DNA of 64,000 nucleotides from Tubulanus polymorphus (taxonomy: Eukaryota; Animalia; Nemertea). The notes under the pieces are model-generated. The model was not told where the DNA came from and did no database searches. It saw only the letters and a program-made list of their open reading frames with translations. Where the stretch lies: positions 6,596,231 through 6,660,230 of the forward strand of contig NC_134033.1 in assembly GCF_964204645.1 (NCBI RefSeq), read 5' to 3'. Of this stretch, positions 1-13,241 are shown in pieces. Made by a program: the position numbers and the translations under genes. The number at the start of each line of letters is the position of its first letter. Position 1 is the stretch's first letter.

Positions 1-1619
1 TTTGAATCGTACACTTGCACACTGTGGTTTATATATATTCCCACCAGCTGCAAGAATCGGCAAAGGAATTGAAGACCGCAGTGACCAGTTCATTCCACGA
101 TTAATAGCTGGAAAGAAAGTAATCGAAATAAATGGTCGTATACATAAGTGTAAACCAGTCCCTTACTAACTTCTAAGGTTTTCGTTGTCATCGATCCGAG
201 TCGTCAAGTGAACGCGGAAGTAAAATTCCATAGTAAAATCCCTACTACCATTCCTGTCCATATTACGTTGATTTGAGCCAGAAATATTCAGGAAATGTAG
301 CCAACGTAAATTGATTTACTAATAGAATTAATCAATTGACTCATTTTAAGGATCATAGTTCATTTAAGTCCTAAAACTCGCCATATATTTGCGATAAATT
401 TAGGCTGAAAATGATTTCAACCATCCGCCATGTTGGCTGCATATTGTCCGCAGTATCCGGACTTATTGTAAGTCTGAATTCGCGATTTACGGTTGAGTTT
501 GACGCTCGAGGTCGTCCGGTAATTTGAAGGCTTTTCGGGATGTACTTTTATCAATGGATGACAATACTTTGCGTTATTCTTGTTGCTGTTTAGACCCGGT
601 TATTACACGGGATTAATTCATAATAGATTACTATACGCAAATTCGAAATATTCAGGCGCTGAGTTATATTTCTGATAGAATTTAAAATTACGTTTATAAG
701 CTGTTGGTAGTCGAATCTGAGAGGAGTTACATTTTATGAAAAATTTATAATGATAATAATAATCAACATAGATACAAGAGGGTTTCTGCGAAAGCAGCAG
801 AAACCCTAATAAGAAACACGCGAATCCCAATAGGGTTTTCTGTGATGTAACAGATAACCCTAATTAACATTACATAAGAAATATTTAATTACAAATATCG
901 AAACATTTACTAATAGATATGGTAACAAATTAGTTATTCACCTAGAATATGAAGGATTAAAAGGTAATAAATATACATTCAGAACATATTTACCAGATAG
1001 ATTTCATAGATAATCTACTGAAGATCTAGAAGAAGTGTGTTCTGGTGATTTCTATTTCATATACCAATAAGGGTAAAAAAAGAGCGAAAGGTTTCAGCGA
1101 ACTCTAACTCTTTTGAAAAATCATTAAAAATTCATAGATATGTTCACGAATTAAATGATAAATTATATAATTCAAATTAAGAGACTGTTAAATTGGTTGA
1201 AAATGTATAGAATATTGTATAAATTAAAGTTCATTAAACAAGGGGTTCTATGTATTAATGGTAATAATGCGTATTAAATACATATCATGCTTTATTTCTG
1301 AAATTGAAGTCTCAGAAGTATTCAATTTTTTGATTATGATATTTTAATTCTTTACATTTAACAAGAATAATACTAACTTATTCAAGGTAAAGTTTTTTCT
1401 AGTATTTTCTTGTCAAATGTAAATAAATTTAGTGAAACAAGAATTGAATCAAAATCATTAAAAAAACAATAAGTTTCTTTAATTATACTAACTTATACAA
1501 GTTAATGTTTTTTCTTATTGAAACTATTCAAAATATTATGTAATCCAGTGAGCAATTAGAAACAATAACTAGTCTTATTTTAAAGAATTATATCATATTT
1601 TAGTGCTAAGTAAAGAATG

Positions 1620-1968
1620 TGATATTCATCATTACTGAATCAAATATATATGATGAATCTATGATATTTATTACTGAATCAAACATATACAATGTTTCTA
1701 AATTTTATCATCTATGATATTCATTACTGAATCAAATATATATGATGAATCTATGATATTTATTACTGAATCAAACATATACAATGTTTCTAAATTTTAT
1801 CATCTATGATATTCATTACTGAATCAAATATATATGATGAATCTATGATATTTATTACTGAATCAAACATATACAATGTTTCTAAATTTTATCATCTATG
1901 ATATTCATTACTGAATCAAATATATATGATAAATCTGTGATATTTATTACTGAATCAAATATATACGA
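1620..1968. repeat. AT-rich tandem array, ~92-bp unit (~3.8 copies), each unit holding two related TGATATT(C/T)ATTACTGAATCAAA subunits
   Basis: AAACATATAC recurs at 1681, 1773 and 1865 (period 92) with near-identical units. Confidence 0.9.
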
Positions 1969-2003
1969 TAGAATTTAAAAATATTATATAATTCAAATTA
2001 TAG

Positions 2004-2131
2004 AAACTATTTATATATCTATGTACTAGACGTACGAGTAAGAATCCAAGAAAGTAAGAAAGTAAGAATCCAAGAAAGTAAGAAAGTAAGAATTCTTACG
2101 TACGTCTAGTACATAGATATATAAATAGTTT
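2004..2131. repeat. Perfect 33-bp inverted repeat around a loop containing a 24-bp tandem duplication
   Basis: AAACTATTTATATATCTATGTACTAGACGTACG (2004-2036) is the reverse complement of 2099-2131; loop has GTAAGAATCCAAGAAAGTAAGAAA twice. Confidence 0.9.
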
Positions 2132-2164
2132 TATAATAATCATTCTAAATAATAAATCATATTA

Positions 2165-2500
2165 AAATCTATCAGATAAAACTATGATATTCATCATTAC
2201 TGAATCAAATATAATGATAAATCTATCAGATAAATCTGTGATATTTATTACTGAATCAAATATATATATATGATAGATCTATCAGATAAACCTGTGATAT
2301 TTATTACTGAATCAAATATATATCATAAATCTATCAGATAAATCATCTGTGATATTTATTACTGAATCAAATATATATCATAAATCTATCAGATAAATCA
2401 TCTGTGATATTTATTACTGAATCAAATATATATCATTAATCTATCAGATAAATCATCTATGATATTTATTATTGAATCAAATATATATGATAAATCTGTG
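2165..2500. repeat. Tandem array, ~55-bp unit, same core motif as the 1620-1968 array
   Basis: TCTGTGATAT at 2346 and 2401; repeated ATCTATCAGATAAA...GATATTTATTACTGAATCAAATATAT. Confidence 0.85.
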
Positions 2501-2802
2501 AAGACATAGAGGATATTTCAATTAATGCCCCCCCCCCCTGTGTCTTTATTGTCATAAGTAGTCTTAGTACCTTTAATACATAAAAAATATATCTTTTTAT
2601 TATTAGTACTTAGAAAAAATAAAAATAAATATAATAAGTCTATCATATGAATAAATATTATCATTGAAACAGTAATATATAATAAATCTGTGAGATGAAC
2701 AAATATTATATTATAATTACTGTTTCAATAATAATATTTATTCATCTCACAGATTTATTATATATTACTGTTTCATTACCCGAATGCCCAGACCTCTCGC
2801 GA

Positions 2803-3945
2803 ATGCCAGGCGGAACGTCACCAATCAACTTCACTGGAAGATCATTGCGAAGCTCATCTCAAGCAAGCAAGAAGTCTGCCTCATCGTTGGTGCTACCTAC
2901 ACAAATCAACACAGCGAATTCATCAACCGCAACAAATTCGGAAAGGGAGTCGACCACAGATCTATTAACACCAGCAACACAACCTCCGATCGTCGAAACT
3001 ACGAGCAAAATCATGCCGGGAATACAGCTACCTCGGTTTACTGACCAAGACCCTCACGTCTGGTGGGACTTATGGCAATTATACATATCAGCCCACCAGA
3101 TACAACCGGACCAACAGGTCCATCACTTTAAGCTGCATTTGTCCGACAAAGCGCTTACCTAGTACCGATCATTGAGGAACGATATCACAAGTGACAATGT
3201 GAAACTAAAAACGGCGTTCACAACTCGCTTTAGCAACTCTAACGGAAATAGCATGGCAATCCATCAGTGTAAACAGGAACCAGGTCAATCAGTTATTTCA
3301 TACCTAGAAAACTTTCCCCAAAGGTTGAACCCCTTGGAGCTGAGTGAAACCATGAAAGTCAGCTTCCTGATAAATGGTCTCCGTGACGATATAAAACTGA
3401 TAATAATGCCTCAAAATCCAAGTACCGTTCAAGAGGTACTTACAAAAGCGAACGTCGCCGAACAAACTATCGAAGCTACATTCCAAACCACAGTAGCTAG
3501 CGCAGCCACTACTAATGATATGGGAACGATCATGGACATGATGCGAAACCTGCAGGCTCAAATACAAGAACTGCAAACACAAGTTATGGATGACGTCGAC
3601 CCACCGGAAGTCGCGTATGCTCATCATACTAGGGAGCCACGACGACCTCAGAATGCAGAAATACAGCAGAATCAATATCAACCCACATGGGAAACACCTC
3701 AACAGCCAAAGAGATACCAAACATCACAGCAGCAACCACGAAATTATGATCAGCAAGCTCCAAGAACTCAGCAAGGCCGTCGAGAATGTAAAAATTGTGG
3801 TGAGTATTGTGGCGGAAATAGGTTTTGTAGGGCATTCAAAACAATATGTAACTTCTGTAGGATTCCCGGCCATATCGAGAGAAAGTGCCGTAAAAAGAAA
3901 TTTAGCCAATTTCCCAGAACTGCACCTCACCCATTTCACGGCTGA
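2803..3945 (+). pseudogene. gag: Gypsy gag (capsid plus zinc knuckle), one internal stop at 3160-3162
   Basis: ORFs 2695-3162 and 3172-3945 are in the same frame; capsid-like QEPGQSVISY...FLINGLR; CNFCRIPGHIERKC knuckle; start codon uncertain. Confidence 0.85.
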
Positions 3946-6110
3946 AGGCACGCGCCTGTCCCTGGCGGCCCAAGTCCCCAGGTTGGGCACCCATCTAAGA
4001 AAACACCTACTGTCAATGTTACAGAGGTTCTAAACCAAAATTCAATTCTTACAAAAAGTTTTGGTCACCAATTTTCGTCATTAGTAGACACTGGAGCTTC
4101 TATCTCATGTGTCTCCTGCAAGACGCTCAAACGTCTCCCAACAACTGTAGCTTTAGGTCCATCTGACATTTCCCGTATTGCCGGTGTAGGTGGTGAAAAA
4201 CATGTAGTTCAAGGTCGAGTCCATTTAGATATAAATATTGGCGGACTAGCAATTTTACACTCGTTTTACGTAATTGATCATATGCAGCACCCAATCATCT
4301 TAGGTTTAGACTTTCTCGAAGCAAACGATGCTAAAATCTGTTTTAAGACCCGTACGCTCACTCTCCGAGACAATGAGGTTTATACCGTACTTAATACATC
4401 AGGTGCTGGCTTAGTCAGAACAGATAAACACACAATCATACCTCCCAATTCTGAATGTCGCATCCCAGTTCGTATGTCTAAAGTTGAAATTCCAAAAATC
4501 TGCTTTCTGGAACCGGTTCCCTCTCTACACAAGATGCAAATCTTAGGTGCTAAATGTCTTGTCAATATTGAAAAAAATCGCTCAGTTATGGCTATCTTAA
4601 ACCCCACGGATAAAGAAATTGTGCTACCGCGTAAAAAGGTTGTCGCTACATATTTAGATGTCGATCAAGAGTCTATTGTGCCAATTGACGATTCTTTCAA
4701 TTCGAATAGTTATCAACAAAATCCCATCAAATCAAACTCTTCAGAACCAATTCACTCTGATTTATCGGATTCGGACCTTGACGACAATCAGAAAGAATGT
4801 CTTTCAAACTTTTTAAAAGCTAATATTGACGTGTTTGCGGCAGACCTTCCAGAGGTCGGTCACACTAATATGTATCATCACACTATTGAAACTGATCCCG
4901 GGGCGAAAAAGGTTAGTCTTCCTTTTTACCGTACTCATGCTGAAAACAAAAAGAAAATAGAACGACAGGTCGATGAATTACTCAGAAACAAGTTCGTAAC
5001 AAAGTCCAATTCTGAATGGCATAGCCCAGTTGTATTGGTTAAAAAGAAATCGGGTGATTTTCACTTTGCGGTGGATTATCGCAAATTGAATCAAATCACA
5101 ACCCAACTTGACTTTCCACTACCAAGGTTTGAAGATGCAGTAGATTTGATAGGTGACTCAAAGGCCCAAGTGTTCAGGAGTCTTGATCTCGCTAGTGGAT
5201 TTTGGCAAGTCCCGCTGGATCCTGCCACAAAGCACAAATCCGCTTTCATTTTGAGTGGGAAAGGCTACCATTTGGTTTAAAAAATAGCCCAGCTACCTTT
5301 GCCTCGGTAATGGCTCGAGCGCTCCAAAGCATTAATTGGAAATTTGTGCTGATCTATGTAGATGATATTTGATCTTTTCTCGGAATTTTAAAGAACATCT
5401 GCAATATCTTGACCTTGTATTTCACCACCTTTCGAAAAGCAGGTTTCACTCTCAAACCCTCGAAATGTCAATTCGCTCGGCGTGAAATACTTTATCTCGG
5501 TCATATCATAACCAAATCAGGTGTCATAATCGATCCTTCCAAGACCGCGGTCATCCATGCATTAAAAGCTCCCACAGGTGTTAACGGTGTCCGTCGATTC
5601 TTAGGCATGTGCAATTACCATAAGAAATTCATCAAGAGCTACAGCCGAATTGCAGTTCAATTGTACTATCTGTTGAAGAAAGATAGCAAATTCGTTTGGT
5701 CAGTAGAATGTGACAGAGCCAACAACTCCTTTAGACTCGCCTTGACATTGTGGATTGTAGGAACAATCATCATTATGAATTACGCCGGAGTTCGGATGAT
5801 AAATTGCTCAAGTCACGGGAACACGCTAATCGAATGAGGCATTATCACGATCCCCGAGACAGGAGTTATCTGAAAGTCTCACCCGACATGGGAAAACCTA
5901 AGACTCCACCATTGGAAGCTAAGGATATTGAGGGAGCTGACACACCACCTCACAGAAATGGAACGGGGAGAATGACACACTTCCAGACGGTTCAGATACT
6001 GCCCCTGAAGAAGATTTGGTTGTGGGCTGACGACGTACCCGAGACACCCCGCCGAGAGTTCCATGCACAATACACTCTCCAGGGCAAAAAACGGAAACAA
6101 GTCAAACGTA
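3946..6110 (+). pseudogene. pol: Gypsy pol remnant: protease, RT and integrase C-terminal tail; RNase H and integrase core deleted near 5720
   Basis: LVDTGAS at 4081; SPVVLVKKK, VDYRKLN; YVDD at 5355-5366 after a frameshift; jumps from WSVECDRA to YELRR...HANRMRHY (GPY/F-type tail). Confidence 0.85.
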
Positions 6111-7145
6111 ACGAAACAAACATTGTTCACGGTTCACTACTTGTTCACGGTGATCGTTACAGTCATGTCTTTGGTGTCTCCAGCTTCAGCTCCGATCTAC
6201 ATTCAACGAATCAACTACGGCCTCATCTTTCAACATCAATCTCGAGTACATTTCGCAACGGAATCTTGGATGCATACATACGCCATTCCTATTCCTCAGA
6301 TCCACGACCCTATCCTCCTCTCACAATGTACTTCCAATGTGTCGCACTGTTCCCAAATGGCTTCACTCGTACGTCAGGTAAATAACCTGTGCATGGACTC
6401 GGCAGCAGCTGTTAATGCTACGGCTAACTTTATTCGAACCATCATTCCTATAACAGTAGACCGCAAAAGCTCACGATTACGCAGAGCTGGTTTTTTACCT
6501 TTTATCGGGTCTCTGTCAAAATCATTGTTTGGTACAGCTACTATGGATGATATAAAAATGCTCGCTAGACATATCAAATCACTCGAACAATACCGCAATG
6601 TAATCAACAACAAACTGACTCACGACGCTGGTGCAATGGCTTCGTTTATGTCAAAAGTTGATAATCGTTTTGGGCATGTGGTACAAGAACTCGCTTCAGA
6701 CCATAAAGCTATTGCATCTTTGTACATTCGTTTACGCGTTCTATATACAGATGTTCTAGATACAATCTCGACTACAACCACTATTCTAATGAATTATATT
6801 CGACGCTCCTCGGTCAAGCAGCATCTTACTGCTCTATGTCGTGGCATTAAGGACTTAAAAAATGGTGTTTTATCTCCTACTATTCTATCACCAGATTTGT
6901 TACGTACAACAATGAGACAGGTTAGAGTAGTATTGGCCGAGAAACTTCCGGACTATGCCCTTATTGTTAAAAACCCTTTAGCGTTATACAAGAAGGCAAA
7001 ATTCCTGGTTTCACGCAATAAATCGATGTTGTTTATATCTCTCAAACTGCCTATCGCTTCGACAAAGGATTCTCTGAATTTGTACAAAGTTATTGCACTA
7101 CTATCCCTTCAGATGACTAACAGCTCCAACTTTTTTCAGCCTTGA
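6063..7145 (+). pseudogene. env: env-like class I fusion glycoprotein (baculovirus F / errantivirus-like), truncated before the TM anchor
   Basis: Hydrophobic signal ending SPASA; furin site RKSSRLRR directly followed by fusion-peptide-like AGFLPFIGSLSKSLFGTAT and a heptad-like helical region; lies downstream of pol. Confidence 0.8.
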
Positions 7146-8204
7146 TGGTAGTTACAGTGGTCAATACATTAATTTTCCTTGTTTACATCATTCGACATCT
7201 ACGTGCAAAGATCGTGTTCCGAGCGCACTACTCTAGCTCTTGAAATTACGAATGGTCCACGCTGCAAACGCATCCCTATTTTACGTCTACCCTTATGTCC
7301 ATCCAGTTCACTGGGAAATCACTTATCCGTCTAATATGTATGACATCTCTATCACCGGTATATTCCGTCCTCAGCTCTGTTTTCAGATCACTGACTGTAG
7401 CATTATCAATACTCTGTCAGGAAAACCTGTATCATTACCATCTTCCGTATATAATTCCCCCATTCAAGCACATCATCTTCGACCGATTCTTAGCACTCCC
7501 TACAGTGCCTATATAATTATTCTACATCACGACAGCTACACTGTTCTACAACCACAACGCACATTCCAAGCCTCAGCCCCCACATTTACCATGGTTGATT
7601 AATTGCTTATCATTAATTTTTCTATTCTTTCATTATGAAATATTGTATATACATTGCATTTATGCTACGACACTTCATAGTTCAATATTTGTACATATAC
7701 TATCAATTATTTGTTTGTATTTCCGCCAAACAACGATAGAACACCAAACAACGACACCACACCAAAACACGAAAATACACCAAACAACGATAGCACTCCA
7801 AACAACCAAATCTACCACGACGCTCAGTAGTCAGACTACATTAGTCAAGTATCAGCTTCACTCTCACTAAACTAATACTTTGCAAAGAAATACTTTGCAG
7901 TTTTTAATAATTTGCAGTTTTGATATCTAGCCTTTTCATATCGGCAACCTTAGACCATGGCAATTACCTTATAGCGGAAAGGATTTCTTCATTGATTCCC
8001 CAACCATATTAGGGATGGGAAAAGGCGTATGGTTCATATATGGAGTAGAAAGCACCACCAGGTTGTTTAGTAATTAACTCGGTTATCCGCATTTCATTCA
8101 ATTTCCCGTTAAAATGGAATCGACTTTTCTCGTCAGTTACCAATGAAACCAATACCAAACTCGGGAAAGCAATCATAAGTGATTCTGAATTTTCCTTTTT
8201 ATTT

Positions 8205-9305
8205 TTAGCCCAATTGGGACTTCAGTCCCAGCGGGCTATTTTGCGTTCACTTTTCGTCCGTCCGTCCGTCCGTAGACGGATTCCAGTTATTTTGGTAAAT
8301 TTTTAACACGCTTCAATGCAATGTCTGGATATTTGGGTGATACATATATCTACCCTAGACACATCTTTACTAAAAAAACTGGCCCGGCAGTATCAAGATG
8401 GCCGACTGGCAGCCATTGTTGTTCGCCAAAATCAGCACCTTTTACACATTTTCAAACTTTTTGAGGGAAATTTTGAAGATGCATTGATCAATTAATTACC
8501 TTGATCTTTCGTTTATATTTGAATCCCTCAAGGGTCCATCAGCATAAGAAAAATTGGGTCGATCGGACTCAAGACGGCCGTCCTAAGACCTTTTTTGTGC
8601 CCAAAAATGTCGATTTTGGTCCGATATCTGAGTCCGGTAGCTTCCTACTGGTTTGCCATTTCTCATTGTAATTTGTGATGGGTATTCTTTGGATAGGGAT
8701 GTTATACTTGAGACAGGTATTTTTGATCAGCCAATTATGACGCAATTGGTGGCCATCTTGGTGTCATCAGTACTCGTTCGTAGGCGGAAAGAAGTTTTTC
8801 CACATAATATTGATACCTAAGCATATTTTGCTAGCACAATCAATTGGAAAGTTGTAGCTCATAATCTGTTCTATGATATCGGTGAGTTTCAAGGTCATTG
8901 GTTATTGTATATGGCCACCAGGGGTGTTGAATAATACAATAACTTAGTATGTCTATATTGTGCCTATGCATATTTTGTAACCACAATCAATTGCAAACTT
9001 GTAGCGTGTGACATGTTCTATGATTGTGGTGAGTTTCAAGGTCATTTGGTTTTGCAAATTGTCAACAGGAGGCGTTGAATTGTAGAATAACTTAGTAGCT
9101 CCATATTAAATTGATAATGAGGCATATTTTGTTATCACAATCAATTACAAAATAGTAGCTGCTGACACGTTCTACGATTGTGGGGGGGGGGGGTTTCAAG
9201 GCCATTAGTTTTTGTATATAGTCACCAGAGAGCGTTGAATATTTAGATTGTTAGATTGTTGAGCATTTGAAACCACTTCCCAATTGGGCGTCCCTGGACC
9301 CCTAG
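8205..9305 (+). mobile_element. Non-autonomous Helentron-associated (DINE-1/HINE-like) element, copy 1
   Basis: 5' stem TAGCCCAATTGGGACTTCAGTCCCAGCGGGCTA, (GTCC)n microsatellite, internal ~150-bp tandem repeats, subterminal CCCAATTGGG, T-rich target; homologous to 41921-43187. Confidence 0.8.
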
Positions 9306-10250
9306 TTGTTTTTTATTCGGGGGCCCGAAGCTCTAAGTTAATTGAACTGAATTTGTATTGATTACAATTGCAGCCGACTATCTGTTAGTCAATCTGGTTC
9401 TGTGCCAACATACCATTGCCGGGTACCATTCTGCGAGTGAGCGTTTTACGGTTTATTCCTACACGTTACTCATACTCATTTGGGCCTTTTCTTTTCAGAG
9501 ACAACTAGCGATAGCGTGACTCGGTGGATTCGTGGAATTCCGAATACGTCCTCTACCTACCAGACGATTTCTATCTTGGTGACCGTTGCTAACGAAATAT
9601 CGTGCGCGCGGCACTGATCCCGTGTGACTGATGTGAACATTCCGAATTTGGCGAAGTGACAAAAACGTGTCACTTGACGACAGCTACTCTGAATCGGACC
9701 GATACTACCGGATCAAGGCTGACCTACCTTCGCCTTTGATGTACGGATACGGAGTTGGCAATTATCTAGTTGCATTAAACACTAACAGCGACTTCACAGG
9801 ATATTTTATGATAAATCGCTTATATTTCTTGTTCCACGCTATACAGCAGATAAATTTACATTAGAGGTACAGGCAAAACAAGCTCTCTCCACAAATGGCG
9901 TACCTGACTGTCGGTTTGATCAAGTCATAAAAAGTCGATCTTTTAACATTTCTGTTAAACGTAACTGGATTTTGAACCCTCGCACCCAGAAATTATCTTT
10001 TCAGCTGCTTAAAAGATTTCAGATTGACTTTTGGTATACTTTTTACGGAATATTGATTTAATGCAAATGAATGTTCGTTTAGATTTTAATCAGAATGGAA
10101 AAGATAACCGACTTATTAATTGGTAAAAGGGTGAAACAGGTAGGTCACACAACAGTGGTGTCTTCGACTGCCAGAGAAGCGCTGCTCATACCCTGATTAC
10201 GTATGCGTACATGCTGCTTGTAATGAACATATTTGTAGCGTTATTATGCA

Positions 10251-13241
10251 TTATTTCCTCTCAAATGAATATCTCGTCTGCAAGTCTGCCCACCAGGGAT
10301 CCAACAGACGATCGGCTCGTCCCAGACTTTCGTATTTATTCTCTGCAACGCAAATAAAGTAACCTAGGTCCTGTTTGTTGGGGTTGGCTAGAGCAAGAGT
10401 CGCGTGTATCAATCTGGCTACAGGTCGCTCGATGGCTATCTTAGTTTTACTCGCGTCCCTTAGACGTCGCCAACCCTTGATGGTAGCGCCCTCTGCGAAT
10501 ATCGGAGTTTTGTGTAGGTAGGCCACCGGCTTGTCGGTTGGAAGGTGGTAGAATGTGACAGAAGTATCTGGAGTTGCTTCGACGTCGCAAACGAATGTGA
10601 TCTAAAAGCGAAAATAAGGATAGGAGATATTATTCTCATTAAGAAACGACCGTATCAATAACACTCTTACACCGTGACTAGAACGACCCAAAAAGCCAGT
10701 AAATTCACCTAATTTCAGTTTTTGATAACAAATATGTTGAGCATGGAATAGATATCTTAAAACCTGTTGTGATCTTGAGAACCTGAAGTCATCGGATTTT
10801 ATATCATTTGCTTTGTGCATCGTCCCAAATTTCACAATTTTTTCGTCCTCAACTTCCCCATTACGTGTTTCTTTCTGGAACATATTCTTTATTCCAAAAT
10901 TTGAATCGAATTACAATTGATCAATTTCTCCTACTCAAACCTAGACGTTCAAAAGTAGTGTTCAAAATACCTGTGTTACAACTGACCTGATTCTGACCTT
11001 CTAGTTCAACTTCCGTCGTGTGTTTCGTTTTAAACGTTATTCTATTGATCACCAATAGAGTAACGATTTTCGATTTTCGACTCTGGACCGGACGGTATCC
11101 GGCCTCGATTTTGAACTTCACCCCGGAATACCCGTGCATACCGAGCACCGGGATCGCTATAGTCGTCTGCCAACCATCGTCGTATTTAGCCGCCGGTCGG
11201 TAAATTTTCCACTTGGTATCGGTCGGCTTGCGTCGATAAACCCTGACCCCTGGCGGCGGATAACCGGACACGCCGACAACCAGCGTGTCCTCTCGTCCGC
11301 GAGCTATCGGTATGACGTCGTTGCGACGTAAGTTCCGCTCGGCGTAACTATCAGACGACCAGGTCAAGGTCGATATCGTATCGACCCGGAATCCAGTCAA
11401 TTCGCCGAGTTTCGGTTTGACAGCGATGCCGGTACAGTGAGACATGGAAAACGAGACAGACTTATGCTCGAAATTGAGAACGTGACAATAGATATCGTCT
11501 TTAATGTCGGGTGGTTTGATAATTATCTGTGTATCTACGGAGTAAGTATCACGACTATACCAGCGTGCGTTCTTAGACACGATAATCGTCCGCGATGGAA
11601 CTACCTCGCCACTGTACAGATTCAGATTTTTCCGGTCGACTTTTTCAAGTGATATCTGCATCGGTCCAACGAGAGATTTCTTCTGTAAATATATATGTGT
11701 GTGTTATTAAAATGTGAATTTCTGTGGTCAATCAGTTTTTCTTTTAAGCTGACAATAATATCCTTTTAAAGATTATTCCTAGAAAAAAATGAATACCCCC
11801 ACCTCATAAAAATAGAATTCAAATAGTGTCGATGATATGTTTTGAGCCCACTACACACAGGATTTAAATTGATTAAAAACTGAATTTATTAATCATAATC
11901 GAAATACACGACGTTTCGAACTCTCACTAGAAATCGTCGTAAGGTGTGAGGATTTCACTAGAAACGAAGGGTTATGTATATTGGGAGAACAAGCTAATTG
12001 GGTAAATTTATGAGTAAGTAGGTTATTTGTGGTTAGCATGGCGTGAAGTGATTTACTGGTACTTAGAAAAAAGAGAATAATGCGAGAGAATAGCTGCGAT
12101 CGCACAAGGATTTCAGTACGGTACTAAGCGTTTACATTAGGAAATAATTCGAGGCCTATTCAGTTCCGTACTGAAATGCGCGGCTTATTAAGCGCGGAAT
12201 GCAATTCCGCGCCGAAAACCCGATCTCAGTACGGGACTGAGCTGGCCGCGTATTTTCTGTAGTGTGAACGCAGATTCGGCGCTTAGCTAGCCGTTTATTA
12301 ACATCCTCGTAGTACGAAACACTTAGCACTAATTACACTCCCCTCTATTGGCTCTCTGGGTGACTTCTATACTGGGCCGAATTGCCGACTCGTAGTGCGA
12401 ACGTTACTGGCTGTATAAGCGCCGTATTTTGGTGAATTCGGCACGAGCGAAGTACGGTACTTCGTAAGCGCCGAATCTAGTGTGAACGCGGCTTATGAAG
12501 AGAATACGAGATAAACCATTTTTCAAATCGGTTCTATATCGAGTAACGATTGATTAGAGCAGTCTCAACCGTATTAAGCATTTAGTGTAATCATTCGAGG
12601 TAAAGAGAATGTTTCAGTTTTATCGACATTAAATCGACGAACAGTGTTCATAACGTGATTGGCTACGCCACTAACGGGTTTTGGGTTCGAATAGTTTTTT
12701 GTGTTCCGAAATTCGAGTTTTAAAATCACGACTAGTAAATTTTGCAAATTTTAACGCAGCCGAGAATAGGAATCTCGTTTTTTTGTGCCGATGCTCTTGA
12801 ATTCGTTTTCAAATCTTATCTGAAGTTTCAAAGCTACAGATTCTTGAACGTTGAAAATATAACCAAGAGGGGTGATTATGAAAAATATGATGATAATAGT
12901 ATTCCTGTAGTATTCTTGTACCCCTCCTATTTCTTCGTATATATGTCTTTCCGCCGTTACTGTGAAGTGACCTTCGATGGTGATAGGCTGCCGGTCATCA
13001 TCGACCGTGATAATAGGCGGCGACACCGCCCACGAGCTCGGAAATTCAATTCGATGCAGGCTTCGTTTTCGATGTTTAATGCGTATCCACGACTCGTAGG
13101 CCGCGCAGCCTCTAGCTCGCACGACCAGGTAGCTGGTTTCGTTGATGTGGATGGAGCTCACTTGAGGGAACAGTAGCGATGCCTGCCAGCGGTTTTTACC
13201 CAGATATTTTACCGTCGGTTTCACGTGACCGGAACCTTCGG
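10251..13241 (-). CDS. 3' exons of an Ig-superfamily protein (approx. 13241-12922, 11682-10987, 10601-10251)
   Basis: Phase-compatible AG/GT sites; splicing gives VELEGQNQ|ITFVCDVEATP...DLGYFICVAEN (I-set B and F strands); also VSGYPPP; donor at 12921 is weak. Confidence 0.65.
11906..11948 (-). ncRNA. Degenerate Penelope-type minimal hammerhead ribozyme remnant
   Basis: Minus strand reads CACAC-CTTACGA-...-GAAACGTC-GTGT; core CUGANGA mutated; related to copies at 27057 and 54969. Confidence 0.5.
12125..12495. mobile_element. Probable MITE (PIF/Harbinger-like) with degenerate TIRs
   Basis: Right end CTAGTGTGAACGCGGCTTA, internal repeats of TAGTG(T/C)GAACG, degenerate left end TAAGCGTTTACATTAG. 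Confidence 0.4.

Larger units (their letters stand above)
2780..7900 (+). mobile_element. Decayed Ty3/Gypsy retroelement with gag-pol-env organisation; LTRs not identifiable
   Basis: gag with CCHC knuckle, protease LVDTGAS, RT (LDLASGFWQV, YVDD), integrase C-terminal remnant, then an env-like ORF; stops and frameshifts present. Confidence 0.88.

Noticed and set aside
779-860. Two adjacent hairpins (GGGTTTCTGC/GCAGAAACCC and GGGTTTTCTG/CAGATAACCC)
   Set aside because: No associated ORF or RNA family could be recognised, so no function is supportable.
1620-2500. Regularly spaced repeats resembling a CRISPR array
   Set aside because: The intervening sequences are themselves repeated, there are no cas genes, and the context is eukaryotic.
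2695-2780. Hydrophobic N-terminus on the gag ORF suggesting a secreted gag
   Set aside because: It is encoded by the AT-rich inverted repeat at the rearranged junction, not by the element.
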